Positions 17,032 to 26,609 are shown, numbered from the stretch's first letter. The stretch is 34,580 nt of DNA from Candidatus Bruticola sp. (GCA_051874735.1 JBJEGD010000031.1:1-34580); one strand, 5' to 3'. Notes: generated from the letters alone by a model not told the origin. Numbers and translations: made by a program.

Positions 17032-19308
17032 ATGCAATTCATACGCAAAAAATTGACATGTCTTGGCAATATTAGCGATAGAAAAACTGTATTAGCCAGT
17101 TTGCTCAGTAAAAAATTTAGCCCGGTCATATCCGGAGGCCATGATCGGTTCGTTGAAATTTTAGGTAAGGGCAACTTAGAAGAGGCTTTAGACGGTGACA
17201 TAATTATCACTCCCGCCGGAGAGATGCTCTATTACCACTTTTTACCCCAAGATAATGCTCTGTTCGTTGGCGGAGTTTGGGATGAAAAGAACGGCGAAAA
17301 TGCTTGGAAAGAGTATGCGGCTATTGTAGATGAGGCCATTCCTCAGGCTGAATATGAAGATGTCCCTGTAATTTCCCCTTATTTTGAATTGTTGCGTGAA
17401 GATTCCGAGCCTTTGCCAGTAGGTGAATGGGAGCGGTCCGCTGCTTACTGCCTTCGCAGTCCCGGAGTGCGCCAAATTCTCAAGGTCGTTTCCGAGCGTG
17501 GGGTTGTTTCTCTGCCCGAAGCTGCTCAGGGGCGCTCTATTTTTGAAGTCGGTGAAGACGTCAAAACTATGGCCGATATGGGCATTATTAACTGCGAATT
17601 TGAGGTGTTCTGTAAAGAAACCGGACAGAAGGTCAGTCGTGTCTCTAGCTTAGCCGCTCTCGATGAAGCTGCCAAGCGCGGTTTCCGCTGTTTCCACTGC
17701 GGCAAAGCTATTTCCGATGAGCAAATAGTGCAATCTTTGTCTGTTTGCCCCAAAGGTTCTGTTTTAGCTCGCAGCAACATGTGGTTAGCTTACACTGTAG
17801 GTGCGGCTTTGCTTGATTGCGGTGTTAAGAGTGAACATATACTATTCCGCAGCGAGAACAATTATCATAGTTGTGAAGTATTCGCCGATTATAAAGGGCT
17901 TCTGCTTATGTTCTCCATATCTGAGCAGGGACTCGATGCCAATTCTGTATTCCGTATTCTGACCCGCAGCCGCTTCTTCCATCCCGATTGCACTTTTGCG
18001 GTGACCTCTGGACTCATTAGTGCCGAAGCTTACAAAGTGATTGAAGCTGAAGGGGAGCGCATGCTTATTGTCAGCGATATCGATACTTTGCAAAAATCTA
18101 TAGAGTCTGTTGCCGATCGGGCTTGCCGCTCTGCTATTAGCAGTTTCTTAGCTAATATTGATGAACTTACAAAGGTTAGCGTTGGAAAAATTATAGGTGA
18201 GTACTTCCTAAACACTCCAAGCACCGAGCTGGCTGGGGCAGCTGTCGCTTTAGAACCTCGCACTTCTGCTAGTAAAAAGACCGCTGCAGAATCGGAAGTA
18301 GTTGCGCCTGTTGCTGAAATTGCTGCCGAATCTGAAGTAGCTGCTCCTGTTGTTGAAACTATTGCCGAACCTGAAGTAATTGCTCCTGTTACTGAAACTG
18401 CTGTCGAACCTGAAATAGCTGCTTCTGTTGCCGAAACTGCTGTCGAACCTGAAGTAGCTGCTCCTGTTGCCGAAACTGCTGTCGAACCTGAAGTGGCCGC
18501 TCCGGCTGCCGAAGCTGCTGCCACTGCTTCCGACAACGATGTCAGTCCTGATTTACCCGCGTTCCTGCCCGCTGTCAGTGAATCACTTAATGCTGCGGTC
18601 AGTCAGCTTTTGGAGCACCTTATAGAAGAGAGCGAGGATACCGATAATTTAGAGGTTAGTCTCAACTCTATCTCTGATCTTGGTATTTCATCGGCTATGA
18701 TTGTGGCTGATGACGGTATGCCTTTCTTAGGCGCCATGGAAACTTTCTCCGATGCCGAATCTGCTGCCGCTTTCTTGCCCGAATTTATCGGCAACATTAA
18801 GACTATCGCTAGTGAGGTATCGTTAGGCGAAGTACAGCGCACTTTCATTGCAGCTGGTAAGGCAGGATGCTTCGATCTTTATCCTACTGCAGATGGATTG
18901 ACTCTGTCAGTTCATAATATAGAAACTGGTTCTCTTTGCTATGGAGGCCGCTTAGCTAAAGATGATACTTTGAAAAAGAGCTTGATGGGGCTGACAGTAA
19001 TCGATAGCTTCTTCGATGCTGTTATTGTCACCGACGACGTAGTTGTCGATTCCACCACTCAGGACTGCGACGACATAGCTATGGCTATGTCCAAAATGTA
19101 CGATGCGGCTCTTCTTTACCTTGATGAGCTCGGTCTTGACAAGTGCTTGGCTCTGGTAGTTGATACTGACAGTCAGATGCTGGCTGTTTATCCTCTCAAG
19201 GAGGATTATAGGATTATTTGTATCCTTGATAAGGGAGCTAATGAATCTGTCTGGCGTAAGAGTATTCCTGCTAAATTGGCGCGTGTTATAGGAGCTCTAG
19301 ATCTGTAA
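17032..19308 (+). CDS. Multidomain hypothetical protein: winged-helix/Cys-knuckle region, 13-aa repeat linker, two C-terminal Roadblock/LC7-like domains
   Basis: 'FCKETG...CFHCG'; 'GISSAMIVADDGMPF...AAAF...EVSLGEV' resembles Roadblock/MglB, and a second copy reads 'DAVIVTDD...IAMAMSKMY...ELGLD'; GAGGAG RBS. Confidence 0.6.
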   Translation: MQFIRKKLTCLGNISDRKTVLASLLSKKFSPVISGGHDRFVEILGKGNLEEALDGDIIITPAGEMLYYHFLPQDNALFVGGVWDEKNGENAWKEYAAIVDEAIPQAEYEDVPVISPYFELLREDSEPLPVGEWERSAAYCLRSPGVRQILKVVSERGVVSLPEAAQGRSIFEVGEDVKTMADMGIINCEFEVFCKETGQKVSRVSSLAALDEAAKRGFRCFHCGKAISDEQIVQSLSVCPKGSVLARSNMWLAYTVGAALLDCGVKSEHILFRSENNYHSCEVFADYKGLLLMFSISEQGLDANSVFRILTRSRFFHPDCTFAVTSGLISAEAYKVIEAEGERMLIVSDIDTLQKSIESVADRACRSAISSFLANIDELTKVSVGKIIGEYFLNTPSTELAGAAVALEPRTSASKKTAAESEVVAPVAEIAAESEVAAPVVETIAEPEVIAPVTETAVEPEIAASVAETAVEPEVAAPVAETAVEPEVAAPAAEAAATASDNDVSPDLPAFLPAVSESLNAAVSQLLEHLIEESEDTDNLEVSLNSISDLGISSAMIVADDGMPFLGAMETFSDAESAAAFLPEFIGNIKTIASEVSLGEVQRTFIAAGKAGCFDLYPTADGLTLSVHNIETGSLCYGGRLAKDDTLKKSLMGLTVIDSFFDAVIVTDDVVVDSTTQDCDDIAMAMSKMYDAALLYLDELGLDKCLALVVDTDSQMLAVYPLKEDYRIICILDKGANESVWRKSIPAKLARVIGALDL
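18289..18522 (+). repeat. Six 39-bp coding tandem repeats, consensus EPEVAAPVAETAV
   Basis: gaacctgaagtagctgctcctgttgccgaaactgctgtc-like units read directly from the sequence. Confidence 0.9.
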
Positions 19309-19354
19309 GTAGCAAAGCTTAGAAGGGAAGATAATCTTCTTAAGCGCTTGGTAG

Positions 19355-19403
19355 GAGGTCTGACCTTGCCGTCGGGAATGGGAATGCATCAGGCCTCTTT
19401 TTT
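19355..19403 (+). terminator. Possible intrinsic terminator
   Basis: gaggtctga / tcaggcctc stem with one G-U pair and a large loop, followed by T6. Confidence 0.45.
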
Positions 19404-19466
19404 AATTGTTTGGGCTCTGCTCAGAAAAAAAGGAGTAGGTGTAGTTTTTTAGGAGGTGCAGCCGCT

Positions 19467-20165
19467 GTGGCTACGCAGAAAAATGACGGCTTCTGGCCTA
19501 GAATGTTATTAACATCTTTTATATTAATCTGGATGTCTGTGGCTGTTGGCGCCATGCTCGGCAATACAGCCATTGAAAAATATTTGGCTGATGATACCGT
19601 ATCCGCTGAATCGGCTATGCCTGTCAAAAATGAGCGCTTCTGGATTGATAAAGCCAAAGATAAACAGGCTGAAATTGACAAAAGTAATAATAAAGTCAGC
19701 GATTTGAATCAGGAAGAGGAGGCAACTGTAATAGCAGCTCCCATTGAAGAGAAAACTTCCAGCGAGGGGGAACGGTTCTCTGTAACTCCCAGTGAAGTTC
19801 CCTCTGTTACAGTTGGAAGTTCTGGATCTTCTAATTCTAATGAGGGTGAACTTTCGGAAAACAACCCCTCTTCTGATAACAGCTCGTCAAGTTCGTCTGA
19901 TAATGAAACTTTGGGCAACAGCAGCTCTCCATCCAGTACGGAGGGACGCGTTCTCATTTTCGGCACTTTTATGCAGAAAGAAACCGTCGATACTTTGGGA
20001 GCTAAACTGGAACAAGCCGGTGTACCTTATTTAGTACAGGAAATAGCGGTTGAGGCTGGTACCGCTTACAAAGTAACTAGTACTCCTTATGCCAGTGCTG
20101 AGGAAGCTAACTCTGAACTGAAAGCTCTGGAGCGTGCCGGCATTCAAGCCTATGTCAACGAATAG
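19467..20165 (+). CDS. SPOR-domain membrane-anchored protein; start reassigned to GTG 19467
   Basis: AGGAGG at 19451-19456; N-terminal TM helix, S/E-rich linker, C-terminal 'FGTF...A.L...G...YKV...PY.S.EEA...L..AGIQAYV'. Confidence 0.75.
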   Translation: MATQKNDGFWPRMLLTSFILIWMSVAVGAMLGNTAIEKYLADDTVSAESAMPVKNERFWIDKAKDKQAEIDKSNNKVSDLNQEEEATVIAAPIEEKTSSEGERFSVTPSEVPSVTVGSSGSSNSNEGELSENNPSSDNSSSSSSDNETLGNSSSPSSTEGRVLIFGTFMQKETVDTLGAKLEQAGVPYLVQEIAVEAGTAYKVTSTPYASAEEANSELKALERAGIQAYVNE

Positions 20166-21153
20166 TCTTTTACTTGATACTTTTGATGCTTTATCTAATT
20201 TAAAATTAGATCGAGCCAGCGCTGTAGCTTTGGGCTTTTTTGACGGTGTTCATTTAGGCCATTTAGCTTTGCTTGAGCGCACTAGGCAAATAGCTGAAGC
20301 TTATAATTTAAATCCTGTAGTCTTCACTTTTAGGGAACATCCTAGTTGGCTGCTCGATCCAGAACACCGTGTCAAACTGCTCTGTTCTCTTGCAGAGCGT
20401 TTATCTATTATTCAACAACTGGGACTGCGTCCTATTGCGGTGCCTTTTACTTGGGACTTAGCGTCAATGAGTCCTGAAAGTTTTATTTTGTCAATTCTGC
20501 GCGATAAACTTAAAGCAGCCCAAGTTATAGTAGGTTACAATTATCGGTTCGGTCATAAGGCTCAGGGCACGGTACAAACTTTAAAAAAATTAGAAAAGTT
20601 CGGTCAATTTTCTGTAGAGGCCTTACCTTGCTTCAGTGTGTCAGGTCAAAGTGTATCTTCCAGTATTTTGCGCAAGCTAATTGAAGAGGGAAAATTTACT
20701 GAAGCTTTCCGTTTATGGGGACGCCATTACAAAGTCAGTGGACAAATTGTACACGGACGCAAAGTGGGCCGGACTTTGAATATCCCCACGGCCAATGTTG
20801 AAATAGATTCTTACTTGGTAACTCCTCCACGAGGAGTGTTTGCTGCTGTTTGTTCCCTCAGCAGGAGACAGCCCGCAGATGGAAGCACTCCTGATTTCGT
20901 GCTTCCCGGTTTAGCTTACTGGGGAAATCGGCCCACTTTCGATAAAGGGCGCGATATTTTGGAAGTTTTTCTTCTTACAGAACCTGACCAGTTTGGGCCA
21001 GATGAACTATACGGTTGGTATTTAGATACTGAATTTATCAAAATGATGCGCGGTCAAAGGCAATTTTCCAGTTCAGAGGCTTTTGTCGCTCAGGTTGCTG
21101 AGGACTGCCGCCAAGTTAGCCAAATAATTAATAATTTTAGTTTGTCAGTGTAA
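20152..21153 (+). CDS. ribF: Bifunctional riboflavin kinase / FAD synthetase
   Basis: 'LGFFDGVHLGH', 'VGYNYRFG', 'VSSSILR', 'GRTLNIPTAN', 'GNRPTF'; ATG 20152 preferred over GTG 20134. Confidence 0.92.
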   Translation: MSTNSLLLDTFDALSNLKLDRASAVALGFFDGVHLGHLALLERTRQIAEAYNLNPVVFTFREHPSWLLDPEHRVKLLCSLAERLSIIQQLGLRPIAVPFTWDLASMSPESFILSILRDKLKAAQVIVGYNYRFGHKAQGTVQTLKKLEKFGQFSVEALPCFSVSGQSVSSSILRKLIEEGKFTEAFRLWGRHYKVSGQIVHGRKVGRTLNIPTANVEIDSYLVTPPRGVFAAVCSLSRRQPADGSTPDFVLPGLAYWGNRPTFDKGRDILEVFLLTEPDQFGPDELYGWYLDTEFIKMMRGQRQFSSSEAFVAQVAEDCRQVSQIINNFSLSV

Positions 21154-21194
21154 GCTGAAATTCTCGTTTCTGCCTAATTTAAGCCTATAGTTTT

Positions 21195-21221
21195 GTAGGT
21201 ATTTTAGAGGGGGGCGCGAAA
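21195..21221 (+). promoter_or_regulatory. Sigma-H-like promoter GTAGGT-N17-GAAA upstream of the gcv operon
   Basis: Recurrent motif. Confidence 0.4.
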
Positions 21222-21339
21222 AATTAGCGGATCGTCTGCTGCCGTTTTATGTTCTAAAAAAGACAAGGTAAGAAGTTCAGACTCCAAAGTTTTTAACGGA
21301 TGACCATGCTAAATAGGCAGCGCATTAAAGGAGCATATT

Positions 21340-22452
21340 TTGGCTAACGAACTTTTGCGTACTCCTCTTTACGAGGCCCACAAACGTGACGGCGGCAAAA
21401 TTGTGGATTTTGCCGGTTGGGAAATGCCCGTTGAGTATACCGGCATTAAGAGCGAACACTTGATCGTGCGTTCTGAGGTCGGTATTTTTGATCTTACCCA
21501 CATGGGGGAGTTCGAAATTACAGGTCCCGATGCTACTGAGTTCATTGACAATTTAGTGACCAACGATGTTCGTCGCATGACTGAAGGTCAGTGCATGTAT
21601 ACTTGCATGTGCCGCGAGAATGGCTGTATCATCGACGACCTGCTCGTTTACCGCTTTCCCAATACTGCTGAGGGCGAACCTTATTATTGGTTGGTTGTCA
21701 ATGCCGCCAACTGTGCTAAAGATTATCAGTGGGTTGAGTCCCATTTGCAGGGACGAGTTAAATTAAAAAATATTTCTATGGAAACGGCTCTGATCGCCGT
21801 TCAGGGACCTAAGGCTCAGTCTGTGCTGCAGCCTTTTACCAATACCGATTTAGAACCTTTAGCCTATTATCATTTAACTAGAGGCGATTTTCAGGGACTC
21901 AAGGTTGTAATTTCCCGTACTGGCTACACTGGCGAGGATGGTTTTGAAATTTATGTACCTTGGAATGAGGCCGAAAAAGTCTGGAACGCTCTGCGCGCTG
22001 AGGGCTGTCTGCCCATCGGTCTGGGAGCGCGTGATACCTTGCGCCTGGAGGCTGGCTATTCACTTTACGGCCATGAAATTACCGAGGCTACTACGCCTAT
22101 AAACACCTCTTTAGGATGGGTAGTGCGCTTTACAGAAAATAATTTTATAGGCAAAAATGCTCTACTGGCGCAGAAAGAGAAGGGGGCTGAAACTGCTATT
22201 ATCGGCCTAGTTATGAAAGGACGTTCCATTCCGCGCCAAGGATACGCCGTTGAAGATGGGCAGGGACAAGTAGTAGGTTCCGTAACTAGTGGTACTTTCT
22301 CTCCCTCTCTGGGACGCGGTGTCTGCTTAGCATTAGTAAATAGCGAATGCAGAAAAGGCATTGATGAATTGAATATTAGAGTGCGCCCTAACCGTGTCGA
22401 GCTTGCTTCTGTGCAGCGTCCTCCGTTTGTGCGCGGTAGTGTGCGCCGTTAA
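21340..22452 (+). CDS. gcvT: Glycine cleavage aminomethyltransferase T
   Basis: 'RTPLY', 'FAGWEMPV', 'FDLTHMG', 'SRTGYTGEDGFE', 'GLGARDTLRLEAG'; AAAGGAG RBS before a TTG start. Confidence 0.97.
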   Translation: MANELLRTPLYEAHKRDGGKIVDFAGWEMPVEYTGIKSEHLIVRSEVGIFDLTHMGEFEITGPDATEFIDNLVTNDVRRMTEGQCMYTCMCRENGCIIDDLLVYRFPNTAEGEPYYWLVVNAANCAKDYQWVESHLQGRVKLKNISMETALIAVQGPKAQSVLQPFTNTDLEPLAYYHLTRGDFQGLKVVISRTGYTGEDGFEIYVPWNEAEKVWNALRAEGCLPIGLGARDTLRLEAGYSLYGHEITEATTPINTSLGWVVRFTENNFIGKNALLAQKEKGAETAIIGLVMKGRSIPRQGYAVEDGQGQVVGSVTSGTFSPSLGRGVCLALVNSECRKGIDELNIRVRPNRVELASVQRPPFVRGSVRR

Positions 22453-22466
22453 TTTTTTTGTTGTCG

Positions 22467-22487
22467 GCCCGGCTTAAAAAGTCGGGC
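22467..22487 (+). other. Intergenic stem-loop between gcvT and gcvH
   Basis: gcccggctt-aaa-aagtcgggc with no strong U tract; possibly an mRNA stability element. Confidence 0.4.
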
Positions 22488-22522
22488 TATCTTAATTTAT
22501 AAGCCAGTATAAGGAGATAGTC

Positions 22523-22921
22523 ATGATTCCTCAAGATCTGAAGTATACTAACACTCATGAATGGGTGCGTGTGTTGGAAGACAACGTTGTTGTAGTAGGT
22601 ATTACCGATTTCGCTCAAGATCAGCTTGGTGACATCGTTTTTGTAGAAGTTCCGCAGGTTGGTATCTCTTACGAGCAGGGCAAGCCGATGGGAACAGTTG
22701 AATCGGTAAAGACCGTTTCCGATATGTATGCCCCTGTCAGCGGAGAGGTAATTGAAGTTAATGCTTGTCTATGTGAAAGCAACGATGAATTTAGTCCGGA
22801 AATAGTCAATCAAGACGCTTTCGGACAGGGCTGGATTGCTCGTATAAAAATGAGCAATGTTGCCGAGCTGGACAAGCTTCTCGACGCTGCTGACTATAAG
22901 CAGATTACGGAGAAAGTTTAA
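22523..22921 (+). CDS. gcvH: Glycine cleavage H protein
   Basis: 'HEWV', 'GITDFAQDQLGDIVFV', lipoyl-Lys motif 'VESVKT'. Confidence 0.97.
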   Translation: MIPQDLKYTNTHEWVRVLEDNVVVVGITDFAQDQLGDIVFVEVPQVGISYEQGKPMGTVESVKTVSDMYAPVSGEVIEVNACLCESNDEFSPEIVNQDAFGQGWIARIKMSNVAELDKLLDAADYKQITEKV

Positions 22922-24264
22922 TGACCTATACTCCACACACCGCCGCGGATATAAAGGCTATGATGGAGGAGGTTGGGGTAAGCAGTTGGGAAGAACTTTT
23001 CTCTTTTATCCCAGAAAAACTGCTTTTACCTCGTCCTCTGCAGTTGCCTGAAGCTTTAAGTGAATACGATTTGATAAACTATTTCAGGAGCTTATCAGAT
23101 CGCTGTGCCGTCTTTAGCGGAGGGAGTTTCTTAGGAGCCGGTGCTTACCGTCACTTTATTCCCTCGATAGTTAATCATATTATTTCCCGTTCTGAGTATC
23201 TTACGGCCTATACTCCTTATCAGGCGGAAGCTAGTCAGGGTACTTTGCAGACCATTTTTGAATTTCAGAGTTTAATTTGTCGCTTGACGGGTATGGAAGT
23301 GGCCAACGCTTCTGTATATGACGGGGGAACTGCCGCCGCTGATGCTGTCATTATGGCTGCTGCTCAAACAAGGCGTTCTAAAGTGATTGTTTCTCGTGGC
23401 GTCCATCCGCAAATTAGAGAGGTGCTTAAAACTTACTTGGTCGGCAGCCGTATTCAGGTAGAAGAGGCAGCATTAAATGAGAAAACCGGCCTTACCGAGC
23501 TAGGCGTAATTGATAACGATACCGCCGCTGTTCTGATCCAGAATCCCAATTTCTTGGGTGTAATTGAAGATGGAGAGGCTTTGTGCAGCCAGGCGCATAA
23601 ATCAGGAGCTCTAGCTATTGTCGAAGTTTCTGATCCAGTTTGTTTGGCTGTATTGCGTTCACCAGGCAGCTGCGGCGCTGATATATGTTGCGGTGATGCT
23701 CAAGCTTTAGGTAATCCAGTTGCTTACGGCGGTCCCTACGTAGGGTTCTTAGCTTGCACTAATAAGCTCATGCGCCGTATTCCGGGACGCCTAGTCGGTC
23801 TAACTTCAGATGCTGAAGGGCGCCGAGGTTTTTGTTTGACTTTACAAGCTCGGGAACAACATATCAGACGTGAAAAGGCTTCCTCAAATATCTGCTCTAA
23901 TCAGGCTTTGTGTGCTTTAGCTACTACTATCTATCTTAGTCTCTTGGGGCCAGTTGGTTTAAAGAGAGCTGCTATTAGTTCTATACAGAATACAGCTTAT
24001 TTAAAAAAGAAACTAGCTGAACTAAAAGGCTTTAATATGCCTTTATCAGGTTCCTCTTACAACGAATTCGTACTTCAATGTCCCCAGGGAACAGCGGCAA
24101 ACCTGCTTCAGTATTTGGCTTGCGAAGGTATTCAGGGCGGTTATTTGTTGGAACAAGATTATCCGGAATTGGCTGATTCTATGCTTTTATGCTGTACTGA
24201 ACTTACTAAAGCTGAGCAGATTGATGAGTTTGTTGAGGCTCTGCGCAACTATAAGGAGGCCTAG
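22921..24264 (+). CDS. gcvPA: Glycine dehydrogenase subunit 1
   Basis: 'FLGAGAY', 'YTPYQAEASQG', 'LQAREQHIRREKASSNICSNQ'; TAATG overlap with gcvH. Confidence 0.97.
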   Translation: MTYTPHTAADIKAMMEEVGVSSWEELFSFIPEKLLLPRPLQLPEALSEYDLINYFRSLSDRCAVFSGGSFLGAGAYRHFIPSIVNHIISRSEYLTAYTPYQAEASQGTLQTIFEFQSLICRLTGMEVANASVYDGGTAAADAVIMAAAQTRRSKVIVSRGVHPQIREVLKTYLVGSRIQVEEAALNEKTGLTELGVIDNDTAAVLIQNPNFLGVIEDGEALCSQAHKSGALAIVEVSDPVCLAVLRSPGSCGADICCGDAQALGNPVAYGGPYVGFLACTNKLMRRIPGRLVGLTSDAEGRRGFCLTLQAREQHIRREKASSNICSNQALCALATTIYLSLLGPVGLKRAAISSIQNTAYLKKKLAELKGFNMPLSGSSYNEFVLQCPQGTAANLLQYLACEGIQGGYLLEQDYPELADSMLLCCTELTKAEQIDEFVEALRNYKEA

Positions 24265-24273
24265 CCGAAAAAT

Positions 24274-25710
24274 ATGACTTCTAAGACCATATTTGAAAAG
24301 TCCCATCCCGGCCGCCTTGGCACTATGCCCCCGCCAAGCAGTTGTCCTGGTGTGGATATTGCTGAGATTATTCCCGGCAACATGCTGCGTCAGGAGCCTC
24401 TGGAATTGCCGGAGCTTTCTGAACTTGAAGTTATGCGCCATTTTGTGGGGCTGTCGCAGAAGAATTACTCTGTAGATACACAGTTCTATCCTTTGGGCTC
24501 TTGCACTATGAAGTACAATCCTAGGGTAAATGAAACTGTAGCTTCTTTGCCTGGCTTTACTGATCTCCATCCTTTAAGTGAATGCGAGCACTCTCAGGGA
24601 GCTTTGCAGATCATGCATGAACTGCAGGAAAGTTTGGCTGAAATTACCGGGATGGAATCTATCACTTTGCAGCCGGCAGCCGGGGCTCACGGGGAAGTGA
24701 CCGCTCTATTTACTATCGCCGCCTATTTTCGTTCTTTAGGACAAGAGCGCAGCATCATTATTGTGCCCGACTCTTCTCATGGAACTAACCCTGCTTCCGC
24801 CGCTTTGGCCGGTTTTGAAGTGGTAACTATTCCTTCAGCTTCCGATGGTTCTGTCGACTTAGAGGTACTGAAAGCTAACATGAGCCCTAAAGTTGCTGCT
24901 CTAATGCTAACTAATCCCAGCACCTTAGGTTTATTTGAAACCCATATAGAAGAAATTTGCCGTATTTTGCACGAAGCTGGAGGTGTCGTCTATTACGACG
25001 GGGCCAACATGAATGCCTTAATGGGCATAGTCAGACCTGGCGATATGGGCTTTGATATGGTGCACCTTAACTTGCATAAAACTTTTTCCACTCCTCACGG
25101 AGGAGGAGGACCTGGTAGCGGTCCTGTGGGAGCTCGAGGAAAACTAGCTGAGTTTCTGCCCGGTCCTATAGTAATCAAAACGGAAAATGGTTACGCGTTA
25201 CAGCGTACTGAGCACACTATAGGTCGAGTGCGCCTGTTCTGGGGCAATTTTTTAGTTTTGGTTAAGGCGCTGGCTTATATTCGTTCATTGGGAGCGGAGG
25301 GACTGCGCCAGGCCAGTTGTCTGGCTGTTTTAGCTGCGAACTATATGCGCATGCGCCTCAAGAGTACTTATCTGCTTCCTTTCGATCGGCTGTGTATGCA
25401 TGAATTTGTGCTTTCAGCTTCCGAATTAAAGAAGCAGCGCGGTCTTCATGCTTTAGATATTGCCAAGAGCTTACTAGACAAAGGATTCCATGCTCCTACG
25501 ATTTATTTCCCTTTGATAGTTGAAGAAGCGCTTATGATTGAGCCTACTGAAACTGAAAGTAAAGAGGTAATGGACGAGTTTATTGAAGCTATGCTGCAGA
25601 TTGCCTCTTGCGAAAGTGGTGAAACTCTGCACGATGTACCTAAGAATTTACCCGTTACCAGACTAGATGAAACTAAGGCGGCTAGAAAGCCGATTCTGCG
25701 TCAGCCTTAG
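24274..25710 (+). CDS. gcvPB: Glycine dehydrogenase subunit 2
   Basis: 'YPLGSCTMKYNP', 'HGTNPAS', PLP-Lys motif 'HLNLHKTFSTPHGGGGPG', 'IEPTETE'. Confidence 0.97.
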   Translation: MTSKTIFEKSHPGRLGTMPPPSSCPGVDIAEIIPGNMLRQEPLELPELSELEVMRHFVGLSQKNYSVDTQFYPLGSCTMKYNPRVNETVASLPGFTDLHPLSECEHSQGALQIMHELQESLAEITGMESITLQPAAGAHGEVTALFTIAAYFRSLGQERSIIIVPDSSHGTNPASAALAGFEVVTIPSASDGSVDLEVLKANMSPKVAALMLTNPSTLGLFETHIEEICRILHEAGGVVYYDGANMNALMGIVRPGDMGFDMVHLNLHKTFSTPHGGGGPGSGPVGARGKLAEFLPGPIVIKTENGYALQRTEHTIGRVRLFWGNFLVLVKALAYIRSLGAEGLRQASCLAVLAANYMRMRLKSTYLLPFDRLCMHEFVLSASELKKQRGLHALDIAKSLLDKGFHAPTIYFPLIVEEALMIEPTETESKEVMDEFIEAMLQIASCESGETLHDVPKNLPVTRLDETKAARKPILRQP

Positions 25711-25729
25711 GCTACTGTTTAGCTAGTTG

Positions 25730-25789
25730 CAGTTAGAGGCTTCTTGGAACGTTTTTTTGAATGAAGCGATTTACAGAAGCCTCTAACTG
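25730..25789. repeat. Long intergenic hairpin
   Basis: Perfect 15-bp inverted repeat cagttagaggcttct / agaagcctctaactg around a 30-nt, partly self-pairing spacer. Confidence 0.75.
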
Positions 25790-25816
25790 TATTTAGAGAA
25801 GTGCGAGGGCAAAGCG

Positions 25817-26503
25817 ATGGAGCACAATTTTTTGGAGTCTTACGCAGCTTTAAGCTGGCAGTACATTATCGACGCTCCTTTGAGTGGAGCAGAAAATATG
25901 GAACGCGATCTCTGCTTAATGAAGAAATGCACTATGCCGATTCTTCGCTTGTACGATTGGGTTAGACCTACGCTGAGTTTAGGACGAAACCAAAACGATC
26001 AATGGATAGACAGAGAGCTGTGCCGCCGCCTTCAAGTTGATATTGTGCGCCGTCCTACAGGTGGACGGGCTCTGCTCCATATGCCAGGAGAAATTACTTA
26101 CGCTGTTATTTTACCTGGAATAGACAATAGGTTGAAGATTGTAAAAGCTTTTTCTGATATAGCAGCTGTGCTGGGAAAGGCTTTGTATTCTTTAGGATTG
26201 CCGGTATCAACTTCCCAGGATGGTCATGTACCTAGCGGAGTTTCTCATCCTTCTTGCATGTCGGTAACTGCACCAGGAGAAATTACTGCTTTGGGGCGTA
26301 AATTTGTGGGTAGCGCCCAAGTTCGTCAGGGTTCTAAGTTGCTTCAGCATGGCGTCATTGTGCGTGCTTACGACATTGAACTGTTGCGTGAAATTATTCC
26401 TGAAGCTGAACCGGGCGTCGATTTAGTGAGTTTAGGTTTTGCCGATTTAAAGCCGCAGACGGTGGCTCTCGCCTTTAAAGAAGTCCTGGCTAAACTTAAG
26501 TAA
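25817..26503 (+). CDS. Lipoate-protein ligase family protein, LipM-like octanoyltransferase (single domain)
   Basis: 'NMERD', 'LRLYDW..PTLSLGRNQ', 'VRRPTGGRALLH', 'RKFVGSAQ', 'LQHG'; Cys in 'PSCM'; follows the gcv genes. Confidence 0.85.
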   Translation: MEHNFLESYAALSWQYIIDAPLSGAENMERDLCLMKKCTMPILRLYDWVRPTLSLGRNQNDQWIDRELCRRLQVDIVRRPTGGRALLHMPGEITYAVILPGIDNRLKIVKAFSDIAAVLGKALYSLGLPVSTSQDGHVPSGVSHPSCMSVTAPGEITALGRKFVGSAQVRQGSKLLQHGVIVRAYDIELLREIIPEAEPGVDLVSLGFADLKPQTVALAFKEVLAKLK

Positions 26504-26528
26504 CAGAAACGAATTCTAGGCAATTTTA

Positions 26529-26571
26529 CAGGCCTCTTTTGCATGTTTTTTTTGACAGCAAAAGGGGCCTG
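26529..26571. terminator. Terminator hairpin between convergent genes
   Basis: caggcctcttttgc / gcaaaaggggcctg, 14 bp with one G-U pair. Confidence 0.7.
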
Positions 26572-26609
26572 CTTAGTGTGTTGTTTAAGCTTTTACAGCT
26601 TGTATTTAT

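Noticed and set aside
18030-18536. Ala/Ser/Thr-rich 168-aa antisense ORF
   Set aside because: Shadow of the 39-bp repeat in the 758-aa gene.
21154-21339. Glycine riboswitch before gcvT
   Set aside because: No GGAGA, CCGAAG or CUCUCAGG aptamer motifs.
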